From NCBI GenBank assembly GCA_964016885.1, contig OZ024757.1, forward strand, positions 38,130,001-38,194,000: a DNA stretch of 64,000 nt. The letters are read 5' to 3'. The notes under the pieces are model-generated. The model was not told where the DNA came from and made no database searches. It was given only the letters and a program-made list of their open reading frames with translations. Source of the stretch: Eledone cirrhosa (taxonomy: Eukaryota). The translations under genes and the position numbers were made by a program. Below, in pieces: positions 12,806 to 28,934 of this stretch. How positions within the stretch are numbered: the stretch's first letter is position 1; each line of letters opens with the position of its first letter.

Positions 12806-13293
12806 TGAGTGAAACTAAAATAATATTTAACTTTTCCTATATAGTAAATTTCTATCTACGAAGACCTATGTAAGCATTACACACACACACTCACGCACAC
12901 ACTCACACTCACAGTCACGCACACACATATATATATACCTATATATACACATATATATAAAGTCATAAAACACGTTAGATGTAGCAAGAATGAAATGAAG
13001 TCAGAGAAACAACAAATCTATTGAAACAAAACATTGGTAATGCAATAAAAGTTTCGTTGCGGAGAAAGCCTGAAACACATGATATTGCACCTGAGCATTG
13101 TACACAATAATTTCATTATCATTATTATTATATACATTCATTCTAGTAGCTGCTAGAAGGAAATTGATAAAGAACACACGAGGGATGAGAATATGTAAAT
13201 TATAAACCAGATTATTGTGATAATAATAAAAAAAAAATAGACATTTTTGTTAGAGCTGATTAATCGAGCACCTCTGTCTGTTTGGTTTTATAA

Positions 13294-13740
13294 TAATTGT
13301 TTCTACTTTTGGCACAAGGCCAGCAAATACCCAAGTACATTAGTAGTACTTTATTTCATCGACCCCGTAAGGATGAAAATCAATATTAGCCTCGGCGGGA
13401 TTTGAACATAGAAATGACCATGATTCTATCCTGAAAAGCATGGTGTCTGACGCTCTACCGATACCACCAATCCAACGCGGTAATAATGGTTTCTGACGAG
13501 GAGAGCAATGGCGATTAAATCGACTCCAGTGCGTTACAGGTACTATATGTTATCGATCCTGTAAGGAGGAAATGCAAAGCTAATCTCTTACATTCTGAGA
13601 TCAAATCCCACTGAGGTTAGCTTTGTCTTTCATCCTTACAGGGTGGATAATATAAAGTACCAGTAAATATCTGGGGTCGATTTAATCGACTTTCCCCTCC
13701 ACGAAATTTCTTGGCCTCTTGCTTAAATGAGAGATCATTA
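13294..13740. mobile_element. cluster of SINE family A copies (minus, minus, plus)
   Basis: Family core in both orientations. Confidence 0.85.
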
Positions 13741-13829
13741 TTTTGGCAATTTGCGATAAACAATCGTGTCTCATGGTTTCAACTATGATTGTGTTAACGA
13801 CAAACTTGTTACAGAGACACGAGAGAGAG

Positions 13830-13901
<72 letters not shown>

Positions 13902-14001
13902 ACTTGAGTATGCAAGTTGAGATTAAATAACAGAATGCGTGAAAGAAGCAAAACTAATGCGTCAATGACGTAGATTGTTTCATGAAACTATCGTATCTCA
14001 C

Positions 14002-14151
14002 ATATCAGTAATGTTTCTATATAACAACAAAAGTTCTCCTATAACGACAGCATAGCCGTGGAAAACAGATAGTGGGTTGGGATGTGTGTCTCCCATTGAA
14101 CGTGTTCGAACGTGGGAGTGTTTAGTGACGGCTGATTGGTCATAGAAGTAA
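14002..14151 (-). CDS. probable 150-nt internal coding exon (phase 2-2), product unknown
   Basis: Long polypyrimidine tract plus TTTGTAG acceptor, GTGAGA donor, length divisible by 3, open frame YFYDQSAVTKHSHVRTRSMGDTHPNPLSVFHGYAVVIGELLLLYRNITD. Confidence 0.55.
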
Positions 14152-14966
14152 CTACAAATATAATAAAATAGAAAAAAAAAGGAAAAACTCAAACGACCAT
14201 AATAAGAACAATAACATCAAAAATTACAAAAAATAACAATTAAGACATTAGCATGTCTGAATCTACGTTTTGTCCTCCATTTGTTTTTTTCTTGATAATT
14301 ACTGAGAGAGGATGGAAGGCTTAATGGCTGAGCGTTAAATACATATAACCAAAACAACACCAATTAAACTGTTAATAATGATAGATGATGGCAAATATAA
14401 TTAGAGAGATAATAATGATTACGATGATGGTTTCTGAGGACAGCAAAGACAACAACAACAGTAACAATGACATCATCAACAAGATTATCAACTGTGATGA
14501 TAATGAAGGTATATGTATTTTCTAATGTGACAATTAAAAAAATCAAATTAATTATACGTAGCAATTAAATAATAAATTGATTATTCATTCATCTTCTAAG
14601 ATTTCCCTTTTGTCCGTAATGTGGAAAATAGTTGATGTGAAAGAAAGCAAAAAGAACACAGACTATGATAACTATGATTGATAACAAGGATTTATTTTAT
14701 TTGCCTCAAGGGACGGACGAGAACATTGAAGACTGTACAAATATAGAACATAAAGAGAACTAAAGCTACAAATATAACATTAAATTATTTAACTTTGTTA
14801 AATGGCCGAAGTGAACAATAAGAATGAAGACAATGACATAAATATATTACAATACATTAAATATATTACAATCCCGTTATTTTATATTATATTATATATC
14901 AGTCTCGCTTTCAATTGTATTAGCCTTTGTTTTTAAATCCATATCTTACATCCATAACAAATAAAA

Positions 14967-15039
14967 TTTCATTCTGATGAGCGATTTCAAACGTATGTGT
15001 CGAGCTCGTCTGTCTTCGTGAAACCTTTGGTAACTGGAA
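14967..15039 (+). ncRNA. type I hammerhead ribozyme with conventional stem III
   Basis: TTTCATT-CTGATGA-GCGA...TCGT-GAAA-CC-TTT-GG-TA-ACTGGAA; GUA cleavage triplet; one mismatch in stem I. Confidence 0.7.
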
Positions 15040-15087
15040 TAATTGTCACATGTTGTTTATTACATAACTATTACAATACATATAAAA

Positions 15088-15285
15088 TGATTTCTAGTAT
15101 AGGCACAAGGCCAGTAATTTAGGAGGAGTGGAAAGTCGATTAAATCGACCGCAGTTCATTACTGGTGCTTTATTATATCAATCCTAAGTATGAAAGGCAA
15201 AGCGAACCTCAGCCAGATTTGAATTCAGAACGTAAAAGGCCATAAATCTATGCTGCAAAGCATGGTGTCTGATACTACCGATAAT
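15088..15285 (-). mobile_element. SINE family A
   Basis: Reverse-complement match to the family consensus. Confidence 0.85.
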
Positions 15286-16087
15286 GCGAAAACTTATGGT
15301 TAGAACGGTCGTTAAAACAGCTAAATGTTTTCAGAGACAGCGATGGGCAAAAGTACCTCAGAGGACGGAAACCAGCGGCCACTGGTTAACAGAGATATAA
15401 TCCACAATATGGTTGACAGGCAAATGAACTATAGAATAAACTGAATGGGGAGAAGGACAAGGAGAAGTGGGCTGGCGTAGCGAAGTGACTGGAAGAAGGA
15501 AATATATATATATATATAGAACAACATAGAAGCTGAATTGGCAGATCGTTACAACGACAGATAGAATGCTTTGTGGTATTACTACCATTTCTCCCAGTGT
15601 GAATCCTGAGTCAACTTTACCGTTCATCTTTTGTAGCCGAGATAACGAGAGATTTTCTGTTATGGGGACAATTCTTTCTCTATATATGTTACTAATGTTC
15701 TTAAGAAGAAACCAGCTGCGTTGACAGTTAAACTGCTAAAAAACACGCTGTAAAAATAACGATGCATCTACACACACACACACACACACAAACAACCACA
15801 CACACACACACACGTGTATATATATATATATAATAACTAAAAAAAAAAAGGTTATCTCACTACATGGCTGAATACAATAAATGTAATCTGTGTTTTTCGA
15901 ATATTAATAATAATATTCGATTCGATTGCAATTATGCAAATAGACTCTTTTAGAGCCATGTCAGTATATATATATATGTCTATCGCGGCTAACCACAGTA
16001 ACTAAGGTACTCAATTTGATGATAATTTCTCCAGAATTAAACAGTTCTAGTCCTTTAGAGGCCATCTCTATAATATATATATATATA

Positions 16088-16250
16088 TTTATTAAAATAA
16101 CAGATTAAAGTTTAAGCAAAGAATCGCTGCTTTCACCCTTAACGGGATCTTCTGAAACTAACAAAGTCAATCTGTTAACGTAGAAGTAAATAGTTCAATG
16201 TTAGTTTCAGATTCTTTTCTTAAACTTTAATCCATTATTTTAATAAATAT
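16088..16250. mobile_element. fold-back PLE-tail remnant with degenerate HHR in the left arm
   Basis: TTATTAAAATAACAGATTAAAGTTTAAG inverse to CTTAAACTTTAATCCATTATTTTAATAA; minus strand reads CAGAAGA-TCCCGTTAAGGGT-GAAA. Confidence 0.55.
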
Positions 16251-16333
16251 TCGCTCTACGGTTCCTATATACTTGATATATATTTATCCTTATCGACCCC
16301 TCTTTGGATTTAAGTCTTCAAATATATTATTAT

Positions 16334-16373
<40 letters not shown>

Positions 16374-16387
16374 CAGATTATTATTAT

Positions 16388-16421
<34 letters not shown>

Positions 16422-16611
16422 CAGATTTCTGGACTTTTCACTCACAAAATATTGTTCTATCCGATGTTATGACGAATAGAAGACACCCTGTCGAAGTTTC
16501 TCGATATGCCGGGCTCAATCCACAAACACTCGTTTCAAAACCGAACACGTTAACAGCACAGCCACATGTAATATATATATGTATATATATGCACACGCAC
16601 ATATGTACATA

Positions 16612-19775
<3,164 letters not shown>

Positions 19776-20957
19776 TATGTCTTTGTTGCGATGAAAAATC
19801 GGATTTAATCGGATAATATAAATGTCTTGCTGAGTTGTGTTTACAGTTAGAATTTTCTATTAAGAACCAGTGATCGATGTATGCCTATCAAAAGACAGGA
19901 AATGAATCTTGAATCATGTAACGTTTGCTTGACATGACACAGTAACAGATGTAAAAAAATGGCAGTTTCACATCCATTACTAAATGAAATATCTTCATGA
20001 AAATAAAGTAAATAAAACAATTTAACGAATGAATATTTCTAATCGAGAAACCATTCACCGGCACCCACGCCTACAGTCACAAAGACACACATACACACAC
20101 ACACACACAGCTATACATATACACAAATGTATATACACATATATCCATGACTATATACAACAATATATCATACAATCACGCAGACATGTGTACACACACA
20201 CATATATATATTTATATATGCTTTGTGAGTATATATTTATGTAATATGTCTGTACATGTGTGTATGTATATTGGTATGCATATATGTATGTGTATGTATA
20301 TATATATATATTTATATATATATACATACACACATGTATAGACATATATGACATAAATATATATACACTCACACACGCATATATACACATACATACACAC
20401 ATATGCACACCCACTCACACATACGCATATACAGACATATTTACATTCACACACATACACACTAACACAATATCATACAAAACTATCACGCATATACAAA
20501 CACACTCACCACACACATATATAATCACACACCTACTCTCTCTTTGTTCCTACGTCCTCCCCCTTCCCCACATGTACCCATAGTTATATCTGTACCATTG
20601 CTATATATATATATATATATATATATGAATATATATCTGACCAAGAATGCCTTTTGTGAAAATCAGTCTTATGGAACTATTGTCATCTTGCCTGACGGTT
20701 TGAACTTTACAACAACACCTGCCTCTTTGAGGTCAAATACCACTGATGGCTAGGGCTGCACTGTCTCTTATAGTCATCTAAATGAAAGGCAGACGTTTGT
20801 TGAGCAGTAGTGTATGAGCTGTGTATCTGTTACTGGTGGCAATAAGTGGCTGGAGACCCATTTTCATTGGTTAAAAGGGGAAGTTGAACGTTTAAAGGGG
20901 ATCAAGGAAATTCACTGCTAATGGATCAGCATAAATATTATAATTGTGTATTATGGT

Positions 20958-21005
<48 letters not shown>

Positions 21006-21131
21006 CACATACACCTACATATAAATATACATACACGCACACGTGTGTGTATGGGCCTCTGTTTATATATATATAGAGAGAGAGATAGATAGATTAATAT
21101 ACACGGGTGTGTATGATTGTGTATAGAAGAT

Positions 21132-21375
21132 TATATTAATAAAAGGATTTCCAACTTTGTCTGATTTACTCGTTTTATTTACAATCCTTTAAAATTTATA
21201 ATGGTATTAGAATTAAATAGTATTGTAGAATATTAAATGTTAAGTGTTAATTGAACATTTCAATTAACACTTAACATTTAATATTCTACCATACTATTAT
21301 AATACCATTATACATTTTAAAGGATTGTAAATAAAACGAGTAAATCAGACAGTTGGAATTCCTTTTATTAATATA
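21132..21375. repeat. ~245-bp near-perfect palindrome (fold-back element)
   Basis: Arms of ~120 bp meet at TTGAA-CAT-TTCAA (~21256). Confidence 0.9.
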
Positions 21376-22607
21376 TATATATATATATACCCATATATTT
21401 ATGCCTATACATACACACCCGCGTGTGTATGGACCTGTATGTTTCTGTCTGTATATCTTTATATATATATATACTTACACACATACGTAAAACACTTTAT
21501 AATTGTATATATACACATACATATATATGTAAATGTATGTATACAAACTTAAATACTGGTTTATACACACGTATACACAAGTAACATGTGTATAATAATA
21601 ATAACAAAATAACATCTATATGAATGTTTTATGTATCTGTTGTATACATCTACATATTTAAAGACTGTTACAGAGATGTATATCTATATAGAGACTGAAT
21701 GGTGATTAGCTTTATTGATAATATCCAGTGACGTCAAGGAAAGATTTTTGACAGATAGTTTACAATGAAGAGAACGTAATTTAGTACATCTCTTTGAACG
21801 TCAAGATAACTGGAATAGAAGATTCTTACATGAAATTAGTCTATATATGACATTGTATGGCGCTTGCTTAATTAGATATTACCTCCTGGGTACTTGATTT
21901 TAATCGTAACTATGACAGTTCTCTACACGGTAAGATTTTAAGTTAAACAATCTCGATTGGATTGCAACGGCCCTGAGTTCGGTACTCAGTCCAGGGCTGT
22001 GAACTGACTCTTACAATTATAACCACTGCAGAAATTGCAAAGCAACCCCAGTTGTCAAATTTTCTTTCGATTCGAATAGTTTTCTCTCTGTCGTGTAGCT
22101 TTCTATTCTGAGTAAGACCTTGTGTTTTAGACGCTTTACTGCCTTAACTAGGGATAAGAAATTTAAAAACATAGCCAGGGAAAGAAAGTGCCTGTAGCCA
22201 TGTTCAGGGGTCATTGATACAGATATAAGGAAGTTTAAACGATTACCTTAAACTGAAGACATTGATTGTGTATCTATATATATATATATATACATATGTA
22301 ATAAGTTATTTGTCTTAAAATGGGTGAGGGACTAATTCTCCTATTACCTTTGATCTTTAATACCCGGAGAAGGGGATTGGTTGTTTATAGCCAAGTCATT
22401 TCCGTAGAGTTTGTTAGTAAATATTGCAGATACTGTATCACATTCATTAGTATAGGATGAAATGATTTACATGCTGTGAACTTTATCAGGTAACAGATCT
22501 CGGTACGTAGAGCAGAGTGGGTTAATTTATTTTATTTGAATGAGTGGCATTTAATTGTAAATAACAAAAGAGCAACGTTACACACCTCTCCTACATAAGA
22601 TACATAG

Positions 22608-22640
<33 letters not shown>

Positions 22641-22657
22641 GATCGGTAAACCCATAC

Positions 22658-22704
<47 letters not shown>

Positions 22705-22705
22705 C

Positions 22706-22742
<37 letters not shown>

Positions 22743-23227
22743 CTACTGTACGTCTGTATACATATATGTATGTACGTATACATACTTATATTTAAGTATC
22801 AGCCGTACTAAGAGTGAGAAATGAAATTTCATTTGTTTCCATTTAGCGTTTTCGGTACGCCCGGCCGACTAACTCACTCTATATGCAAATCAGGCTGCCC
22901 AGCCGTTAATATGCATACGGAAAGTATATACTTTCAAACGTTCAATCATCAGCCAGGAAGGTATACAGTGCTGATAACAGCTAATAAGCTAGAAACTAGT
23001 TCATCGTTCTTTTGTCAGTGTTGAACAAAATGGCAACGATGGTTGCCGAACACTGTACGGATAATAATTAGGGTTGTGTGTTTACAAACAAACCGAGCAT
23101 TATAATAAATGTTCGGTAAACCCATACGTATATATATATGTGTGTGTGCATGTATGTATATACATACTACTGTATGTCTGTATACATATATGTATGTACG
23201 TATACATACTTATATTTATATATATAG

Positions 23228-23413
23228 AATTGTTTCTACTTTTGGCACAAGGCCAGCAATTTTCCCAGTGCATTAAAGGTACTTTAGTTCATCGACCCTG
23301 TAAGGATGAAAGTCAAAGTTAAGCTCGGCGGGATTTGAACTCAGATCATAAAGGGAGGTAACTCTATGCTTCAAAGCATGGCGTCCGACCCTCTACCGAT
23401 ACTGCCAATCCAT
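23228..23413 (-). mobile_element. SINE family A
   Basis: Full reverse-complement match. Confidence 0.9.
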
Positions 23414-24352
23414 CGATATATAATGCCTGAGTGAGTGTATATGTATGCGCATGCCAGACAGAGAAATATAACTATAAATAACTGAAGAGATAAATAGATA
23501 CAGGCTCATAGATATCAGATAGAAAGTGTGAAAAAGAGATAATGTAAAACAAAATTATAGAGAGAGAGGATGGGGAAGAGATACAGAGCACACAACGAGA
23601 GATAAGGAAAGGAAAATATATAGAGAGGGAGAGAGAGAGCGAGAAATGGATGGTTTGAGACAGACTGACACAGAACGAGAGAGCGATACAGAGAGGGTAC
23701 AGCGTAGGAGAGAAATAAAATCAGTCTCACAAAGAGAGAGAGAGAGAATTATAGAGTAAGAGAAAGAGTTAAAGGCAGGCTTACACACACACAGATAGAT
23801 AGATAGATAGGTAGATAGGTAGATAGATAGAGGTACTGACATGGAAAGAGTGAAAGAAACAGTGGGGGGTTTAGAAGAAATGAGAAGAGATGTGAAAACC
23901 ACAACATTCACACAGCATCATACTGCGACTATTCCCATTTGGCTGGTGATTGTTCATCGTAAACTGAATTACTTCGGATGAGATGAAAGCTTTCCAAGAC
24001 GAAACAAGACAACAAATATGATGAAACGCCATTATCCGTATCATTTATAGTATCAAAGAGACGATGCTTAGTCTTGTAATTCTCATAATACTATATCCAA
24101 TTTCAGAATATTTCTTGGCCCAAACAACTCGTTCATATAAATATTACGAGCTAAAGTAATAGGATTTTCTCATGCAAACATATCCTTTCTTCGCCCGAAT
24201 TCATTTAGATGATTTCATTAACTCTTGATGGTCAAGGGTTAAACGGCATTTCACCAGCAGCAACAGTAGCCATATTCTCTCGCCATCTTACACTTAATCT
24301 TTCTTTTCTTTCCTCATTGTTAATGCATATGAACACATATTTCTCGTGTATG

Positions 24353-24401
<49 letters not shown>

Positions 24402-25951
24402 TTGCCTGTGTATGTATGTGAATATATATATATATATATATATAGGGGAGGCGCTGTGTTTGTCAGTGTTTGGTAGGTTGCATATATGTGTGTAGATATG
24501 CATATATATATTTACGTATACGTATAATTGCATACATATATATATGTCTCTATGTGCATATATATGTGTGTATGTGACTGTGTGAATTTTAATTGGATGA
24601 AGCTATTATCCGGAACTCATCCGCGTCTCCAGACTGTGGCCATGACGGAACTGGTTCCCGATTTATTATTTTATACTATTATTATTCACTATATAACATA
24701 ATTTCACTGGTGACAATCAAAAACTGCAGTCTATTTGTATGGAAAATTAAAATAATCGGTGAATACGTGTTAGCATGTTAACATGAAAACACAAACGACA
24801 GCCAGATCTCTTTTAGAACACACGGAAAGACATTTTAGTTGCTTGATGTCTTTTATAGACTTGGTTGGTGTTTATTTTTTTCACTTTTCGTTATATGAAT
24901 TAAAATATTCAAAACTAATGAATCAATTTTAGAGTGTTTGTGTGTTTGTTTGCGATTTTTTTTTTCTATTCAGCATAAAGAAGAAATATATAAAAATATA
25001 AATGGAATATTGATTTTATATCTATTTTTATAAATGATTTTGCTTTTTAAAGAAAAGGCGTTTCATTCTTATACCAGTTCGCTTGTTTTAAATGAAATAA
25101 CTTTGTGGATAGTTGATTATATTTATAGATGGACAAATCTGAAATTTTGAATCATATTTAGATTTTTAACACACTGCATGGAAACCAAATATATTGAATT
25201 TAGTTCAGGAAATATTAACATACAAGATAGTCCATAATAATCTTACTGATTGAAGACAAATACACAGGAATTGCCTACATGTAAGAATGTATATTGATAT
25301 ATACAAATATATATATATTTTCTTTATTAGGACTAACTTTAATTTCTGTATTTCCTTTGTGATCCTATCTCTATTTTTATACTCCTGGAGTAGGGTTAAA
25401 GCTCGCCACGTCGAACTTTATACCCCCTTTTCCAGATAAAGCATATAACTAAGACGTTTTGTTCCTCTGCTTGTTGTTCCTTGAACTATATATTATATAT
25501 ATATATATTGTATTATCTATTGCATGTATTCCACTCTGTGCGTTTAATTTGAATTTGAATTATTGTACAATTCTCGTATAATATATGTCGCATCCATTCC
25601 ACCTTGTAAATACGAAACTGTTGTTCACAATATCAATATATATGAATCTATATGATTGTTCAGTTGAATAGAGGTTAATTATATGTACAAACATTGCTAA
25701 TGCTTCGATAACTCCAAACGAAAGTTTTGAAGAAACGATTGTCAGCAATAAAATGATTTGAACATAACTTTGATGATTGTGTAATTTATATTCCTGCTCT
25801 GTAAAACACCTGATGTTCTAACATTGAGCTATTTCTCTTACTGGTAATAAGGTAGTAATACATTACTGACCTTTCCTGTTTATAGTTGTTTATAGTATAG
25901 TATATACATATATAACTATAAATAGTATCATTATTATTATATAAAAATAAT

Positions 25952-26061
25952 ATAAAGAAAGTGCGGTACGAAACCAGGTGGACCATAACACACCAGAGTA
26001 CTCGATACTTAGGGTAGTAGAGTGGGTAATAGGAAAAGAGTCAGGACCCCGGCCCTTTTCC
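25952..26061. mobile_element. PLE tail family P fragment
   Basis: CCAGGTGGACCATAACACACCAGAGTACTCGATACTTAGGGTAGTAGAGTGGGTAATAGG. Confidence 0.8.
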
Positions 26062-26450
26062 TATATATATATATACTTATGTATTTATTCACATGTGTGT
26101 GTGTATTTAGTATATTTATACATACAGACACACGCGCGCGCACACACACATATACGTAAATATAGTTATTTATATACATATATATATAAATATATACAAT
26201 GAGAATTACAGATGTTATATAGAAACGGTATGTGTGTGTGTGTGTATGTGTGACAGAGAGAGACGTAAATAAATATATATATATATATAAATGTATATTT
26301 ATGGATGTATAATGTTTGTATATATATATATAATGTTTGTATATATATATATATAAATATATATATATATTTATTTAAGGGTTAAACAAGGTTCAATGAA
26401 TAAACTGAATTGTAACCATCTACTTAGTCAAGGTATGTCATGCGTCATCT

Positions 26451-26517
26451 TATTTTATCTGATGAGGACGTACTGTTGAAGATAGCTCAGTACCTCTGAA
26501 ATATGTATAATATAATA
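26451..26517 (+). ncRNA. hammerhead ribozyme related to the 11.4/42.3-kb family, with a different stem II
   Basis: TATTTTAT-CTGATGA-GGACGTACTG(loop)CAGTACCTCT-GAAA-TATGTAT-A-ATATAATA. Confidence 0.8.
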
Positions 26518-26557
26518 TACTTGATCACACGAATGTCTATTTTTGTTAATATTTTGA

Positions 26558-26601
<44 letters not shown>

Positions 26602-26671
26602 GTAAATGGATGTATAATATTTGTGTGTATATATACATATATTTATGTATATATTTATATATATATATATA

Positions 26672-27250
26672 CAGTGGCTGCCAACTCGTTTTCTAGTACG
26701 GCCACTACGTTATATCCATGTAGGAGAACCCCTACCGATGCGCTGGACGAGTGTGACTTTTTAGTCCAGCCAGCAACTTGAAAACTCTGGTACAAACACT
26801 ACACTTGTGACAATTATTGACACATAGTGCTGGGCCCATGGTACAATGTGACAAGTGCAGAGAGATCTCCAGATATAAAGCAATGCCTGTGCCGTGAAAC
26901 TTTTATAGTGAGCAAAGGCACTGCACAAAGCCAGTCCCACTCTCTTAACCAAGATTATATTTACCAAAACGAAGAACAAGTCAACATCATTGGATACCAT
27001 CAGGGTTGCAGGTGTTATATCAGGGGTTTTCCTTCGCCTAGAATTCTGCCTTGACAAAGGCTAAGGGGTCATCTCTCCCGGTGAGTTTGGATGGCCATTG
27101 ACTCTTAAGAGCTCTTTTGCCCTTTGACAGGTTTTGTTTTTAGTCCTGCAGGATGTCCAAAGTCACCTTCCTCACCAAGAAACGTTGGTGGGGTTGCCAG
27201 TTTAGTCGCCAATGACCCGACCATGAGACAGGTTGTACTGGGATACATGT
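26672..27250 (-). mobile_element. bipartite non-autonomous RTE-derived element (5' UTR fused to 3' end)
   Basis: RTE-like 5' UTR motif TAGCCTTTGTCAAGGCAG..CTAGGCGAAGGAAAACCCCTGA; 3' part encodes CSVCTRVFKLLAGLKSHTRPAH (C2H2 finger as in RTE C-termini); ends next to (TA)n. Confidence 0.65.
27197..27250 (-). ncRNA. HDV-like ribozyme (degenerate) at the RTE 5' end
   Basis: Minus strand: P2 CCAGT...ACTGG, P4 TCG/CGA, J4/2 C-TAA, partial P1 CATG/CATG. Confidence 0.5.
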
Positions 27251-27605
27251 TTGAGTGAGGAATCGGCTGAAAGGCGCCATGACACCAAGAACTAGACAGT
27301 AGTTTTCACTCCTGATATTAGTTGATATATATTTTAGGTGGTGTTAGTAGAAAAAAGTAATAAACAATTGAGGAAATCATTCAAATATTTCGTGTAGTTG
27401 GAAGGTTTTATTTAAATCTAAATACATTGAACTTTGCTCCGACATATCCACTCTAGAATCATTTGGCTTCGTAACAAATTGTTCTTATTGCATTGCCTCC
27501 AAGGTCACCCAAACACATAGAATGTTCCTTCTCTCTCTGTCATACATGCACACATACATACATACACACACACATATACCGTTTCTATATAACATCTTAT
27601 ACTCT

Positions 27606-27676
<71 letters not shown>

Positions 27677-28297
27677 CACTCACACAAAATATATATATAT
27701 ATACATACACACATATACATATATATATATATACACACACATATATATACACACACATACCCCCCCCCCATATATATATATATATATACACATTCAAATA
27801 CAATCTCTCTCTTTCCCCCTCTCTATCAACATATTTTCTCATCTCACTATTTACCACGCTCTCTCTCTCTCTGTATGTGTATATATGTATATATATATAT
27901 ATATATATAAACACAAATACATTTACATATACGTATTTATGTGCGTATATGTGGGTTCAGACCAAGGCTCTATATAGTTGGTATGGTTTTTCCTTTCCTC
28001 GGAATCATAAAACCAAATTACTGACTTGGCAAACCTACAACATTTCTCTAAGTCAGGAAGTAACACCTTTCTCTTCGTTTTGCTCTCTTTTCAACATTAT
28101 TTTGCATTTGTCATACATTAAACTCTCGACTAAAGAACATTTTATATTATCTTTTAATAGAGGTGACTAACTTAACTGTCTTTCATTTGTGTTGAAAATA
28201 TCTACATACAAATATAAAGAGGTGTTATATATATATATATATATGTATAATGTGTGTGTTTTGGTATATGTAAGTGTGTGTGGATGTCTGTGTGTGT

Positions 28298-28337
<40 letters not shown>

Positions 28338-28342
28338 ATGTT

Positions 28343-28381
<39 letters not shown>

Positions 28382-28383
<2 letters not shown>

Positions 28384-28574
28384 CGAAGGAAATGTGGTAA
28401 GGAACCAGGTGAACCATAACGCACCAAAGTACTCAATACTTAGGGTAGTAGAGTGGGTAATAGGAACGAGTAGGACCCCGACGGCTGAGCTCAAGCCGTT
28501 TCGCTGGCAAATTCTGGACGTCCAGAATTAGCCGTCGAAACGGCTTGAGCTCAGCCGTCGGGGTCCTACTTGTT

Positions 28575-28579
<5 letters not shown>
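28382..28579. mobile_element. PLE tail family P with a 120-bp spacerless terminal palindrome
   Basis: Arms 28460-28519 and 28520-28579 centred on GACGTC, ~4 mismatches; (TA)n on both sides. Confidence 0.85.
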
Positions 28580-28630
<51 letters not shown>

Positions 28631-28934
28631 GAGAGATAGTGAATTACCGCAGACGAATTAGCTGTAAATTGCAGCATGGAAACTTAAATTAAGTAACTGG
28701 TTATTAAACTGAGGTAAGGAAGAGGTTTGAATATATTTGACGCTAAAATGATAACGGGTAGATTTATAGAGAGACATAGAGACATATAAAACAGGAACTC
28801 TCTCGTCGATGGTAAATAACAGAAGAGGGATTTATGAGAAAGGAAGGCAGTGTATTTAGTCAAAATTATTGGTGATCGAAGAGTATAAAAATGGTGAGTG
28901 GTTTGTATAAGATCTTGCTAAGAAACGTACGTTA

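Noticed and set aside
22015-22214. Minus-strand exon candidate with a GTAAGA donor
   Set aside because: Frames from the best acceptor contain stops; no recognisable product.
22915-22956. Minus-strand CTGATGA...GAAA hammerhead-like motif
   Set aside because: Stem II and stem I cannot pair.
23950-24290. Faint PLE RT-thumb-like similarity (also 5160-5300) and LINE-like decay at 52380-53000
   Set aside because: Too degenerate to support by eye.
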